In this document: piece by piece, positions 1 to 9,414 of the stretch
How the letters are laid out: each line of letters opens with the position of its first letter
Position numbering within the stretch: position 1 is the stretch's first letter
Source of the DNA: Minisyncoccota bacterium
GTDB taxonomy: Bacteria > Patescibacteriota > Minisyncoccia > Phycocordibacterales > Phycocordibacteraceae
NCBI GenBank assembly: GCA_018062765.1
Contig: JAGORR010000001.1
Span: 10,087-74,086 of the forward strand
DNA length: 64,000 nucleotides
Reading direction: 5' to 3'
The notes under the pieces: generated by a model
Told to the model about the DNA's origin: nothing
Databases searched by the model: none
The model's input: the letters and a program-made list of their open reading frames with translations, nothing else
Position numbers and translations under genes: made by a program

Positions 1-451
1 CGAGGTCGCCGCCGTTGTCGTCATCATCACCGTCCGGCATAGAGACCGAACCGCCGACCTTAGCCCGAGTGATCGGACCGAAGTAACCAGCGGCTGGCAT
101 GATGCCTACCGATGCCTGATAAGCCGCAAGAGCCGACTGGGTCTGGGCACCGAAGTAACCAGTTGCACCTGCCGGAATCGAGAAGCCCTTGCCCATAAGC
201 CAGGTCTGGAGCGCCGTAACATCAGCACCCGTCGAGCCGATCGTGAGATCGCGCGTGAAGGTTACCGAAGCCGAAGAACCACCTGAAAGTGCCGCGAGCT
301 GAGCCTGGAGCGCAGCGATCTGCGCAGCAAGGTCATCCGCCGTCGCTGCCCGTGCAGGAACTGCAAAGGACGCGAACGACATCGCGACGAGTCCGAGACC
401 CGCGACGACAGCTGCGACTTTCGCAACTGCGTTCGTGTTCGTAATGCTCAT
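1..451 (-). CDS. Partial CDS (N-terminal part; gene runs off window start): secreted/anchored protein with peptidoglycan-binding (PG_binding_1-like) domain
   Basis: ATG at 449-451 (rc). My translation reads MSITNTNAVAKVAAVVAGLGLVAMSFASFA... then LQTWLMGKGFSIPAGATGYFGAQTQSALAAYQASVGIMPAAGYFGP, a PG-binding repeat-like motif. AAGG RBS upstream. Not in ORF track because it has no in-window stop. Confidence 0.5.
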   Translation of the reverse strand, partial: MSITNTNAVAKVAAVVAGLGLVAMSFASFAVPARAATADDLAAQIAALQAQLAALSGGSSASVTFTRDLTIGSTGADVTALQTWLMGKGFSIPAGATGYFGAQTQSALAAYQASVGIMPAAGYFGPITRAKVGGSVSMPDGDDDDNGGDL

Positions 452-967
452 AATTTATTTTAGTTTTTTACCTTTCGGAACGTCGTGCAAGGCGGTAATA
501 AAGGTGCCTTGCGCGCCGTCCTTCTTTCTTTGTAATGCTCCCGAGGGAGCGTTGGTACTGCACTTTCACACTAGTCCTGCGGGGCGCGGTATCGCCTTGC
601 GTCCCACAGGCTAGTTGGTAAGGGTTTGGTCGTACAGCCGTACATCCGTAGCATTCAAAATCATCCGTACTTCCCCATAACTCCTCTATAAAAAGGAGAC
701 GGGAAATGCTGCCGTTCCTTACGGAACGGCGTCATACCTACATACGATATTCACTTGTCAATAAACCGTGCGCCCCTTGGCACACTAGACCCTAGTATAC
801 GGGAGGCAGGCCTGCCCACCATATATAAGTGAATGTGGATAACAGGTGAATCCCGACAGGTACGAGAAAAAGGCCGTCTCCGGCCGCTCGTCGCCCTATC
901 GAGCCGTATTCGCTCGGTTGCCCACATGGGCACCCTACTCTTTGGGACGCGTCCCGTCAACGCGTCC

Positions 968-1741
968 TTAATGCGAGCCCGCAAGACTATAGGTCGTCCA
1001 CCTACGCTTCCCTTCTTGCTTTACGACCCCCTCCTGCACCAAAGCCTGCAGTTCTCGCTGCACCGTCTTCTCACTTACGCCCCGTATAGTCGTGGATACG
1101 TCCTTTATATACGCCGAGCCCTTCTCCTTAAGGACATCAAGTATGAGATTCCTCCTTGAACCACGCTCCGGACTGTCCGATACAACGCCTCTATCATGTC
1201 CTTTAGGTTTTGGTTGCGAACTTGGCGCAGGTTTGCGATTCTGAACGGACTTAGTAGCTACCCTGACCTCGCCTCGCTCAGAAGTCTTATGAAGCTCAGC
1301 TAGCGAAGGCGTATCGCCTAACAGCAGGCGCGGCTCCTCGTACCCGGCAATCTCGTGAAGCAAGTTCTCAGCCTCCTTGGCGATCATATCGGCGTTCATG
1401 GGAGAAAGGAGGCCCGTAGTTCGTGCGAGCGCCATCAGGCTCGAGAGAGACAGGAGTTCCCGGGAAAGGGTCACTCTGCTCTCAAGCGGCGGAAGCACTG
1501 CTCCATCGATGAGCGCAATTGCCGTACGCTCTGAGCGTTCACGAAGTGCATCAGAATGTCCGAAAGCCGGTGTCACCAAGTGCACCGCTCGCGCAAGTCT
1601 CTCTGCCTTCTTGTATATGTACACGCGACGTATGTCCTTATCGAATATGTTGGAGAATATAGCTTTTTCTAAGACAAAATCATTGTTTCCACGTGCTTCG
1701 TTGCGCGTTGTTTGAGACAGATTATGTCCTTTAGAATTCAT
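968..1741 (-). CDS. Hypothetical protein with C-terminal winged-helix (DeoR-like) HTH, putative transcriptional regulator
   Basis: C-terminal segment RRNLILDVLKEKGSAYIKDVSTTIRGVSEKTVQRELQALVQEGVV resembles DeoR/HTH_11 winged helix. Confidence 0.4.
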   Translation of the reverse strand: MNSKGHNLSQTTRNEARGNNDFVLEKAIFSNIFDKDIRRVYIYKKAERLARAVHLVTPAFGHSDALRERSERTAIALIDGAVLPPLESRVTLSRELLSLSSLMALARTTGLLSPMNADMIAKEAENLLHEIAGYEEPRLLLGDTPSLAELHKTSERGEVRVATKSVQNRKPAPSSQPKPKGHDRGVVSDSPERGSRRNLILDVLKEKGSAYIKDVSTTIRGVSEKTVQRELQALVQEGVVKQEGKRRWTTYSLAGSH

Positions 1742-1969
1742 GTATGCCCTTTACGTGTCCTTTATTATACTCCCCCGCTGTCCGCAACGACAAGGACGCG
1801 CATTCGGTCTACAGCCCCACTAAAGGGCGGCACCGCGACTCGAGGGGTTTTGTATCTCGTTTGTGCGGGTTTCTGCACACGCGACTTAGGTGAACCGAGG
1901 GTACCGCAAAGGTGCCTGCCGGTGCCCGAATATGCACTACTTACGCCGTTCCGATGGTAAAATTCGTAC

Positions 1970-4156
1970 ATGAAAAAGAAGAGCGAGCGCGAGAAGAAGT
2001 CCCGCAATACGGGCCTTCTTCTTAAATCAGTTAGCATCATCGCTCTATTCGCATTCGGCCTCATCCTCCTCCTTTCTGTGTTTAAGCTTGGAGGTCCCGT
2101 TGGTACGGCGCTCTTTAATCAAGCATTCGGATTTTTGGGTATTGCCGCCTACGTGCTTCCGGTAGGCATACTCGGGCTTGGCGTTTCGCTTCTTATAGGA
2201 CGCGCGATCGTCGATACCATCACTGCAGCCGGAATCGCGCTCATCGGAATCGCGCTCCTAGGGCTTCTTGGTATGGTCGTTTCCGCGTGGGGCGGCGCTG
2301 CCGGAAGTTTCCTTTCAGCGACCGCGTCCGAGCTTGTTGGCATATGGGGGGCCATCGTGGTCCTTGGCGGTATGGCTGCAATAGGACTCGTGCTCGCCGT
2401 AGGCGCAGATCGTATGCAAGTGGCGTTCATGGCGCTTTTCGCTCGTGCCACAAAAGCATCCGACGCATTGCCTGAGGTGGCGCTATCTGGAGCAGGCAGC
2501 ACTGATGCAACTCCTGCCATCGAAACCCCTTCCCCGTCGGCCTCTGTACCGGAGGAATCAAAAGAGCCTACCGTCACTATGTTCAATCGCACCGACACCG
2601 GAGGCGCAGCCCGTCAAGCCGATATGATCCGGAACTTCGACGCGGAGTACGATCCTCCTCCACTTTCTCTTTTGGGCGCTGATACCGGCCGCCCAGGGAC
2701 AGGCGACATCAAAGCGAACGCCAACATCATCAAGCGGACCTTCCAGAACTTCGGCATTCCGGTCGAGATGGACGAGGTGTCGGTCGGACCTACCGTCACT
2801 CGCTACGCCATAAAGCCCGCAGAGGGCGTCCGTCTCTCAAAGATAGTGTCCCTGGTCACGAACCTCGAGCTTGCGCTAGCGGCACACCCGGTGCGCATCG
2901 AGGCTCCTATCCCAGGAAAATCCCTCGTCGGTATCGAAGTCCCTAACACCACGAAGGCGATGGTGGGCCTCGGCGGCGTCCTCTCGGCTCCCGAATGGAC
3001 CGAGAACAAGAAGCCGCTACTTGCTGCTATTGGCCGCGACATCACTGGAACGCCGCATTATGTAAACGTCGCGAAAATGCCGCACGGGTTAGTCGCAGGC
3101 GCGACCGGCTCCGGAAAATCAGTCGCGATACACGCGCTTATCACCTCTCTCCTGTACCGGAACGGCCCGAACCAGCTCCGCTTCATCATGGTCGACCCTA
3201 AGCGCGTTGAGCTCACCTTATATAACGGCATTCCCCACCTTCTAACCCCTGTCATCACAGACCCTAAGAAGGCCATCCTCTCGTTGAAGTGGGCTGCCAA
3301 GGAGATGGAGCGCCGCTATAACATCCTCGAGAGCGAAGCGGTGCGCGATATCGAGTCGTACCATACCTCTATCTTCGAGCCCGCGAAGAAGAAAAAGGCC
3401 GCTGACATGCCTGAAGCGATGCCCTATATCATCGTAGTCATCGACGAGCTCGCGGACATCATGCAGAGCTACCCGCGCGAACTCGAGGCAGCTATCGTGC
3501 GCCTCGCACAGATGTCGCGCGCGGTCGGTATCCACCTCGTCCTTTCGACCCAGCGCCCGTCGGTAAATGTCATCACGGGACTCATCAAGGCGAACGTCCC
3601 TACCCGCATGGCCCTGCAGGTCGCCTCACAGATTGATTCGCGCACCATTCTTGATCAGGGCGGGGCGGAATCGTTACTAGGCGCCGGCGACATGCTCTAT
3701 CTTTCTTCCGACATGCAGAAGCCGGTACGTCTCCAAACTGCCTATATCGGCGAGAACGAAGTGAAGAAGATCGTCGCGCACATAAAATCGAAGAACGCGG
3801 GCGAACTTTCCACGCTGGACCTCGGCGGAAGCAATAACGCGCCTGGCGAAGGGCCTTCCCATGCAGCAGACGCTATCGGACTCGCCTCCGCTTCCTTTGA
3901 GGATGAGGATATTGACGACGACCTCTACCAGCAGGCGAAGCAGGCGGTTGAAGAAGCGGGCCGTGCCTCTACTTCCTACTTGCAGCGAAAGCTCCGTATC
4001 GGGTACTCACGCGCCGCGCGCCTCATGGATGTGCTCGAACAGAAGGGCGTCATTGGGCCAGCTGATGGCGCAAAGCCTCGTGAAGTACTCTCACGCGCAG
4101 GCGCCGCGGCCGCTCCTGCCCCCGGCGCTGACGAGGATATGAACCGCGACTTCTAG
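1970..4156 (+). CDS. ftsK: DNA translocase FtsK/SpoIIIE
   Basis: N-terminal TM segments, Walker A GATGSGKSVAIHALITSL, and the FtsK motor domain (RFIMVDPKRVEL, VVIDELADIM). Confidence 0.95.
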   Translation: MKKKSEREKKSRNTGLLLKSVSIIALFAFGLILLLSVFKLGGPVGTALFNQAFGFLGIAAYVLPVGILGLGVSLLIGRAIVDTITAAGIALIGIALLGLLGMVVSAWGGAAGSFLSATASELVGIWGAIVVLGGMAAIGLVLAVGADRMQVAFMALFARATKASDALPEVALSGAGSTDATPAIETPSPSASVPEESKEPTVTMFNRTDTGGAARQADMIRNFDAEYDPPPLSLLGADTGRPGTGDIKANANIIKRTFQNFGIPVEMDEVSVGPTVTRYAIKPAEGVRLSKIVSLVTNLELALAAHPVRIEAPIPGKSLVGIEVPNTTKAMVGLGGVLSAPEWTENKKPLLAAIGRDITGTPHYVNVAKMPHGLVAGATGSGKSVAIHALITSLLYRNGPNQLRFIMVDPKRVELTLYNGIPHLLTPVITDPKKAILSLKWAAKEMERRYNILESEAVRDIESYHTSIFEPAKKKKAADMPEAMPYIIVVIDELADIMQSYPRELEAAIVRLAQMSRAVGIHLVLSTQRPSVNVITGLIKANVPTRMALQVASQIDSRTILDQGGAESLLGAGDMLYLSSDMQKPVRLQTAYIGENEVKKIVAHIKSKNAGELSTLDLGGSNNAPGEGPSHAADAIGLASASFEDEDIDDDLYQQAKQAVEEAGRASTSYLQRKLRIGYSRAARLMDVLEQKGVIGPADGAKPREVLSRAGAAAAPAPGADEDMNRDF

Positions 4157-4158
4157 GT

Positions 4159-4482
4159 ATGTTGGTGCGCGGCGCGATTTCCCTCGTTCTCGTCCTCTTG
4201 GCAGGGTACGGTTTCTTTGAAGCCGCCCCCCTGTTACGAGGGCCACAACTCACGCTTGATGCTGGCTCCTACGCGAACACAGTGGACGGATTCATTACGG
4301 TTGCCGGTACTGCCTCCCACACACAATCACTCTCCCTTAATGGCGCGCCGCTTTTAATCGACGAGGAAGGGCGATTCCAGAAAACACTCCTCCTCCCCTC
4401 CGGAAACGCTATACTGACGCTTACCGCGGGCGACCGCTTCGGGCGGATGGTGGCGAAGCGCCTTGAGGTGAGCGTGCCCTGA
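4159..4482 (+). CDS. Hypothetical small membrane-anchored protein
   Basis: Starts 3 nt after the ftsK stop and has an N-terminal hydrophobic helix. No recognisable domain. Confidence 0.3.
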   Translation: MLVRGAISLVLVLLAGYGFFEAAPLLRGPQLTLDAGSYANTVDGFITVAGTASHTQSLSLNGAPLLIDEEGRFQKTLLLPSGNAILTLTAGDRFGRMVAKRLEVSVP

Positions 4483-4512
4483 CGATTATTCCCCGGTTAG
4501 ACAGAGACTTTT

Positions 4513-5568
4513 ATGCCAAAGAAACCTACTAAAGCCGCCAAAACCATCGAACCATCCGCTAAGGCGGCGGGTGCGGATGCCGTGAGCGCACGCGCAAGAT
4601 CCATAGAACTCGCCATCAAAGAGATAAAGACGAAGTTCGGCGACGAAGCCATCATGACCTACGGCTCGGGAAAGGTTGCTGCCATTCCCTCCATATCGAC
4701 CGGTTCCATCGGGCTCGATGCCGCGCTTGGGGTTGGGGGTCTTCCCCGCGGTCGCATCGTTGAAATCTATGGCCCGGAGTCCTCAGGCAAGACGACGCTT
4801 TCCTTGCACACCGTCGCCGAGGCGCAGAAAGCCGGCGGCGTATGCGCGTTCGTCGACGCAGAGCATGCGCTTGACCCCGAGTACGCGAGAAAAATTGGCG
4901 TGAAGCTCGAGGAGCTCCTTATCTCGCAGCCTGATACCGGCGAACAGGCACTTGAGATAGTCGAGTCCCTGGTCCGGAGCGGCAACGTGGACGTTATTGT
5001 TGTCGACTCAGTTGCAGCACTCACTCCGAAGGATGAAATCGAGGGAGACATGGGCCAGCAACAGATGGGAAAGCAGGCGCGCCTCATGTCGCAGGCACTT
5101 CGTAAACTTACGGGCATCGCCTCAAAATCGAAGACGCTCATCATCTTCATCAACCAGATTCGCATGCAGATAGGCATGATGTTCGGTAACCCAGAGACGA
5201 CGACCGGTGGCAAGGCACTGAAATTCTATACGTCAGTCCGGCTCGATATCCGCCGCATCGCATCCATCAAAAAGGGAGAAGAAGTCGTTGGTGGCCGCCA
5301 CCGTGTGAAAGTGGTGAAGAATAAAGTCGCAGCTCCCTTTAAGACCACCGAATTCGACCTCCTCTACAACGAGGGCATCAGTAGCGAAGGCGAGCTTATC
5401 GCGCTTGGCGAGAAATTCGACCTTGTTGAGAAGGCCGGAGCTACCTACCGCTTCAACGGAGAGAAGCTTGCGGTCGGGTACGACGCGACGCGCACGTTCC
5501 TCCGCGAGAACAAGCCTATCGCCAAAGAGCTCCTCAAGGCGATACGCGAGAAACTCGAGAAGGCCTAG
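4513..5568 (+). CDS. recA: Recombinase RecA
   Basis: [16 protein letters not shown] Walker A and strong RecA-wide similarity. Confidence 0.97.
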   Translation: MPKKPTKAAKTIEPSAKAAGADAVSARARSIELAIKEIKTKFGDEAIMTYGSGKVAAIPSISTGSIGLDAALGVGGLPRGRIVEIYGPESSGKTTLSLHTVAEAQKAGGVCAFVDAEHALDPEYARKIGVKLEELLISQPDTGEQALEIVESLVRSGNVDVIVVDSVAALTPKDEIEGDMGQQQMGKQARLMSQALRKLTGIASKSKTLIIFINQIRMQIGMMFGNPETTTGGKALKFYTSVRLDIRRIASIKKGEEVVGGRHRVKVVKNKVAAPFKTTEFDLLYNEGISSEGELIALGEKFDLVEKAGATYRFNGEKLAVGYDATRTFLRENKPIAKELLKAIREKLEKA

Positions 5569-5903
5569 GCTATCCGTATATCGCGCATGCGCGCGTAAGG
5601 ACGCAAGGCGTCATACATCATCCATACGAGCGCGGCGAATACCGCGACAGATAGAAGCTGCACCATGAATTCAGTGTGAGTAAACGCTGCGAGATAAAAC
5701 TGTGCTGCTGAGAGAAAATCTGCAGGAGCATTTTCGAATACACGCGCGACCCAGACCATGCGCCCGATGCCATAGAGTGCCAGGAGTGCGAGGGCGGGAC
5801 CGAGCACGTACCCGCGGCTTACGGTACGTAAAAGCCGCACGCGATAGACGCGACGCATCACTCCCCTCTCAATGGTTGATTCAGTCTGCATGCTGGTCGT
5901 CAT
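5565..5903 (-). CDS. Hypothetical membrane protein, candidate anti-sigma factor (overlaps sigma gene by 23 nt)
   Basis: Two or three predicted TM helices. It lies immediately downstream of, and overlapping, the ECF sigma gene. Confidence 0.35.
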   Translation of the reverse strand: MTTSMQTESTIERGVMRRVYRVRLLRTVSRGYVLGPALALLALYGIGRMVWVARVFENAPADFLSAAQFYLAAFTHTEFMVQLLSVAVFAALVWMMYDALRPYARMRDIRIA

Positions 5904-6453
5904 AAGCCTGTTTAAATAATTTCTTTGCGCGGTGCACGCGAGTCTTCACGGCAGGCACGCTCGAGCCCTCCACCTCTGCTACTTCCTCTTGCGTCTTTCC
6001 TTCTAGGAATTGGAGCGTGAGGACTCGGCTCGCGCTCTCTGGAAGCGACGCTAGGGCCGCAATGACCTCATCCTTATGCGTAAGCGTCTCGACGAAGTCA
6101 TCGGTATCCCGCAAGGACTCGTAATGCTCGGGGTCCAAGGGGACCGTGCCGGTCCGCCGCTTCTTCATGCTCTGGTACCGAGTAAATGCGAGCCGGGTCA
6201 GTATCGTGTACGCCCAGGAAGAGAACTTCGCGCCTTCCTGCGCCTGGTACCTATCGGCATAGAGATAGATACGGGTAAAGGTATCCTGCACTACCTCCTC
6301 CGCGTCCTCAGGTACCCGGAGGATGGTGAGGGCCTTCCGTGTGAACGCCGCCTCGTAGCGGCGCACGAGGATACGGAACAGCTCAGGGTTGCGGGCTGAG
6401 GCACGCAGAATCTCCTCGTCGCTTCGTGGGTCTTCGCTTGAAAGCCTGTCCAT
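5881..6453 (-). CDS. RNA polymerase sigma factor, ECF (sigma-70 family group 4)
   Basis: Region 2 and region 4 signatures (LTLQFLEGKTQEEVAEVEGSSVPAVKTRVHRAKKL). Confidence 0.85.
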   Translation of the reverse strand: MDRLSSEDPRSDEEILRASARNPELFRILVRRYEAAFTRKALTILRVPEDAEEVVQDTFTRIYLYADRYQAQEGAKFSSWAYTILTRLAFTRYQSMKKRRTGTVPLDPEHYESLRDTDDFVETLTHKDEVIAALASLPESASRVLTLQFLEGKTQEEVAEVEGSSVPAVKTRVHRAKKLFKQAYDDQHAD

Positions 6454-6550
6454 TACCCGGTACTATAGCGCTATCTTGCCCACCGGGCATTTTTTATAAC
6501 CCCGGGTCCCCGTGCAGGGTTTCCGAACGAAATCGCTAATACGCATCCCT

Positions 6551-7126
6551 ATGGCCGTACTCTCATACAACGAGATAGTCCCGAAAACGATTATCGAATA
6601 CAACAACGAGCCGTACGAGGTGCTCTCCTCGCACGTCTTCCGCATGCAGATGAGGAAGCCCGTGAACCAGACGAAGCTCCGCCAAGTTATCTCTGGAAAA
6701 GTCATCGAAATCTCCTTCCACCAGAGCGAGACCGTAAAGGAAGCGGATATCGAGTGGATGGATGCGAATTATCTCTATACCAATCGCGGCGAGTCTTGGT
6801 TTGCGGAAGCCGGTAACGCAAAGAACCGATTCTCATTCCCTGAGAACGTCGTGCACGACCAGGTACAGTGGCTCGTGCCAAACACGGAGATAGAGGTCAT
6901 GGTGTACAAGGAGAAGCCCGTATCTCTCAAAATTCCTATCAAGGTAGACCTCAAAGTGAAGGAGGCAGCGCCCGCCGTAAAGGGCGACACGGTCTCGGGC
7001 GGCAGCAAGCAGGTGGTGCTCGAGTCAGGTGCCTCCGTAAACACTCCCCTCTTCATCAACGAGGGTGATGTGCTCAAGATAAACACTGACACCGGTGAGT
7101 ATGTCGAACGAGTCAGTAAATCTTAG
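6551..7126 (+). CDS. efp: Elongation factor P
   Basis: EF-P fold similarity across the full length. The ORF-track start at 6512 was trimmed to the ATG at 6551 (MAVLSYNEI...). Confidence 0.9.
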   Translation: MAVLSYNEIVPKTIIEYNNEPYEVLSSHVFRMQMRKPVNQTKLRQVISGKVIEISFHQSETVKEADIEWMDANYLYTNRGESWFAEAGNAKNRFSFPENVVHDQVQWLVPNTEIEVMVYKEKPVSLKIPIKVDLKVKEAAPAVKGDTVSGGSKQVVLESGASVNTPLFINEGDVLKINTDTGEYVERVSKS

Positions 7127-7145
7127 CTAAAAAGGATTAGTAAAG

Positions 7146-7176
7146 AAAAAGCCTCCGCATCGCGGAGGCTTTTTCT
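7146..7176. terminator. Bidirectional rho-independent terminator between convergent efp and rpsR
   Basis: AAAAAGCCTCCGCATCGCGGAGGCTTTTT: a perfect stem with A and T tracts on both sides. Confidence 0.6.
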
Positions 7177-7306
7177 TAGGTCGAGGTCAAAAGGTTCAGA
7201 TACAAGGCGCGGGCAGGGTGGGTGCCGTAGACGTATAGAGCATACGGCGAAGGCGCCCATCCGGGCGCCCGTAACGCAGTAGCTGGAGCTTTTGGACCGA
7301 CCTTGT

Positions 7307-7513
7307 CTACGCTTGGAGGTATGGCAAAAGCGCCATATAACGCGCCCGCTTTATTGCAAGCGCTATTTCGCGCTGGCGCTCGCTTGATACGCCGGTGCGC
7401 TTCTTCGCGAGCATGCGCGCATGCGGATCCGTGAACTGCTTCAGGTACGCGACATCCTTGTAGTCGACGTACTTCTTGTGCTCTATTTCCTCTCGTTCCG
7501 CCTGGTAAGCCAT
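7307..7513 (-). CDS. rpsR: 30S ribosomal protein S18
   Basis: S18 signature, ...ALAIKRARYMALLPY. Confidence 0.9.
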   Translation of the reverse strand: MAYQAEREEIEHKKYVDYKDVAYLKQFTDPHARMLAKKRTGVSSERQREIALAIKRARYMALLPYLQA

Positions 7514-7532
7514 AAAATAGTTGGTAGCTGTC

Positions 7533-7610
7533 AGCTTATAGCTTTTAGCTTTGAATGCAAATTTGAATAATTTCCTAACCTAGTAGCTTATAGCTCGTAG
7601 CTAACAGCTA
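7533..7610. repeat. AT-rich intergenic with two copies of 11-bp palindrome AGCTTATAGCT (7533-7543, 7585-7595) plus TAGCTAACAGCTA palindrome
   Basis: Read directly from the sequence between ssb and rpsR. Confidence 0.5.
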
Positions 7611-8072
7611 GAATGGTATGTCCTCGGGGTTAATCTCCTCATCCGGGTACTGGATAGCGTCGCCGCCTCCTGGTGCCTCCGGCATATCCTGCTCGTTGCC
7701 TCCCTTCTGGGCTGCGCCCGCGCCACGGCTGCCGCCTGCAGGACCTCCGTCCGCGCCGAACTGGAAGTTGTCGACGACGATCTCGGTCTTGTAATTCTTC
7801 TTACCATCCGCTTCCCAGCTCCGGGTCTGCATGCGGCCTTCAACGTAGACCGGGCGACCCTTCTTGAGGTACTGCCCCATGACCTCGGCAACTCGTCCGA
7901 AGGCGACGATATTGTGGAACTCGGTCTGCTCCTTCTGGCTTCCTGATGCCTTATCCTTGTAGGTGCGATTAGTCGCGAGCCCGAAGGTTACTACCTGCTG
8001 GCCGCTTGGTAGCGCGCGGCTCTCCGGGTCGCGGGTGAGGTTTCCGTAGAGAAGTACCTTGTTGAGATACAT
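7608..8072 (-). CDS. ssb: Single-stranded DNA-binding protein
   Basis: OB-fold SSB, Gly-rich linker, and a C-terminal acidic DIPF tail. Confidence 0.95.
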   Translation of the reverse strand: MYLNKVLLYGNLTRDPESRALPSGQQVVTFGLATNRTYKDKASGSQKEQTEFHNIVAFGRVAEVMGQYLKKGRPVYVEGRMQTRSWEADGKKNYKTEIVVDNFQFGADGGPAGGSRGAGAAQKGGNEQDMPEAPGGGDAIQYPDEEINPEDIPF

Positions 8073-8078
8073 GACGAG

Positions 8079-8558
8079 TTAGGCGACGGCGTTCTCGAGG
8101 GCAGCGTCGAGCTCAGTGTCGGATACCGGCTCATCAGCTGCCTCGGCAGGCATCTGGCGAAGCTCCTTCATTTCAGCTGAGTGCTTCGCCTCCTCCTTGG
8201 TGGTGCGGATGTCCAGGTATCGGACGACCTTCGAATTCCCCTTCACGGAGGCGATTGCCGCCTCGTGCCCCTCCCCATCAGCCTCGTAGGCGACCCATCC
8301 GAAGTAGGCAGAGTCGAAATCACGGCGTCCGGCGGTCTCAGAGCGGGAGATGGTGTAGGCGAGCTGGACCTTCTCAAGGGTTCCCTCAGCAACGATTGCG
8401 GAGCCTGCTGCTGCCTTTATCGCCTCATACACCTTCCCTGCCTCGGTCTCCGAGAGCTCGGGGTCGAGGTGGAAGGCAAGCTCGTATACACGTACTTCAG
8501 AACCGCCGTCCTCGGCGGAAATTGCTTCCTCGGCTACTTCTTCTTTCTTTCGTGCCAT
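8079..8558 (-). CDS. rpsF: 30S ribosomal protein S6 (with acidic C-terminal extension)
   Basis: Classic rpsF-ssb-rpsR gene order. S6-like N-terminal half (VRVYELAFHLDPELSE...). Confidence 0.8.
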   Translation of the reverse strand: MARKKEEVAEEAISAEDGGSEVRVYELAFHLDPELSETEAGKVYEAIKAAAGSAIVAEGTLEKVQLAYTISRSETAGRRDFDSAYFGWVAYEADGEGHEAAIASVKGNSKVVRYLDIRTTKEEAKHSAEMKELRQMPAEAADEPVSDTELDAALENAVA

Positions 8559-8605
8559 AGTGGAGAAAGCGTACCACGCACCCTTTCCCTGGGCAAACGG
8601 CCCTG

Positions 8606-9412
8606 TTACGAGGCCGTTTCGACCTTGAATGCCCGGATGGCGTTCCTAAGGACCGCCTCCCGAACCGTCTCCCTATCCTCCCCGCGAATCTCTGCAAGCG
8701 CGGTCACTATCTCCGGTATAGAAAGGGGGTCGTTCCGCTGTCCTCGCCTCGACTTTGGCGCCACATAGGGCGCATCGGTCTCGGTAAGGAGCCGGTCGAG
8801 CGGCGCGAAGCGCACTGCCTCGTCATAATCCCTGGCGAAGGTAAGGACCGCCGTATAGGAGACGGTGAAATCGAGTGCGAAAACGCGGCGAGCGATATCG
8901 GTGTCTCCGACGAAGAAATGCACGTTCCCTCGGAGCTTATCGCCGTGCTCTTGCTTCCCGCTTTCTAGAATCGAAAGCAGATCATGGTACGCGTCCATAC
9001 TCCCTTTCGACGGTCGGCCGTGGATCATCAAGGGCTTCCCGTATTCCACCGAAAGCCCGATGTGCCTCTCAAATAGTTCTCGTTGAGAACGCTTCACCTC
9101 CGCGTTCGCGTCCTCCGGTCTGAAATAATCGATACCGCACTCTCCTACCGCGACGACCTTAGGGCTCGCAAGCAAGGCACGCGTCGCCGCTTCATCGAAT
9201 TGCTCCAAAGGCGTGTCATTCGGGTGATGCCCTGCAGTCGCCCACAAGGTTTCCGAGTCGTGCACTAAATCAAGTGCAGATTCTGACGACTCCTTATCAA
9301 CCCCGACCACGAGCCCGCCGATTCCCTCTTCGCGCATGCGTGTGATGATCGCGTCACGGTCATCCGCGTACTTGTCGAATTGGATATGGCAGTGAGCGTC
9401 GAAGTAGCGCAT
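8606..9412 (-). CDS. tatD: TatD-family metal-dependent deoxyribonuclease/hydrolase
   Basis: N-terminal FDAHCHIQFDKY motif of the TatD amidohydrolase fold. Confidence 0.9.
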   Translation of the reverse strand: MRYFDAHCHIQFDKYADDRDAIITRMREEGIGGLVVGVDKESSESALDLVHDSETLWATAGHHPNDTPLEQFDEAATRALLASPKVVAVGECGIDYFRPEDANAEVKRSQRELFERHIGLSVEYGKPLMIHGRPSKGSMDAYHDLLSILESGKQEHGDKLRGNVHFFVGDTDIARRVFALDFTVSYTAVLTFARDYDEAVRFAPLDRLLTETDAPYVAPKSRRGQRNDPLSIPEIVTALAEIRGEDRETVREAVLRNAIRAFKVETAS

Positions 9413-9414
9413 GG

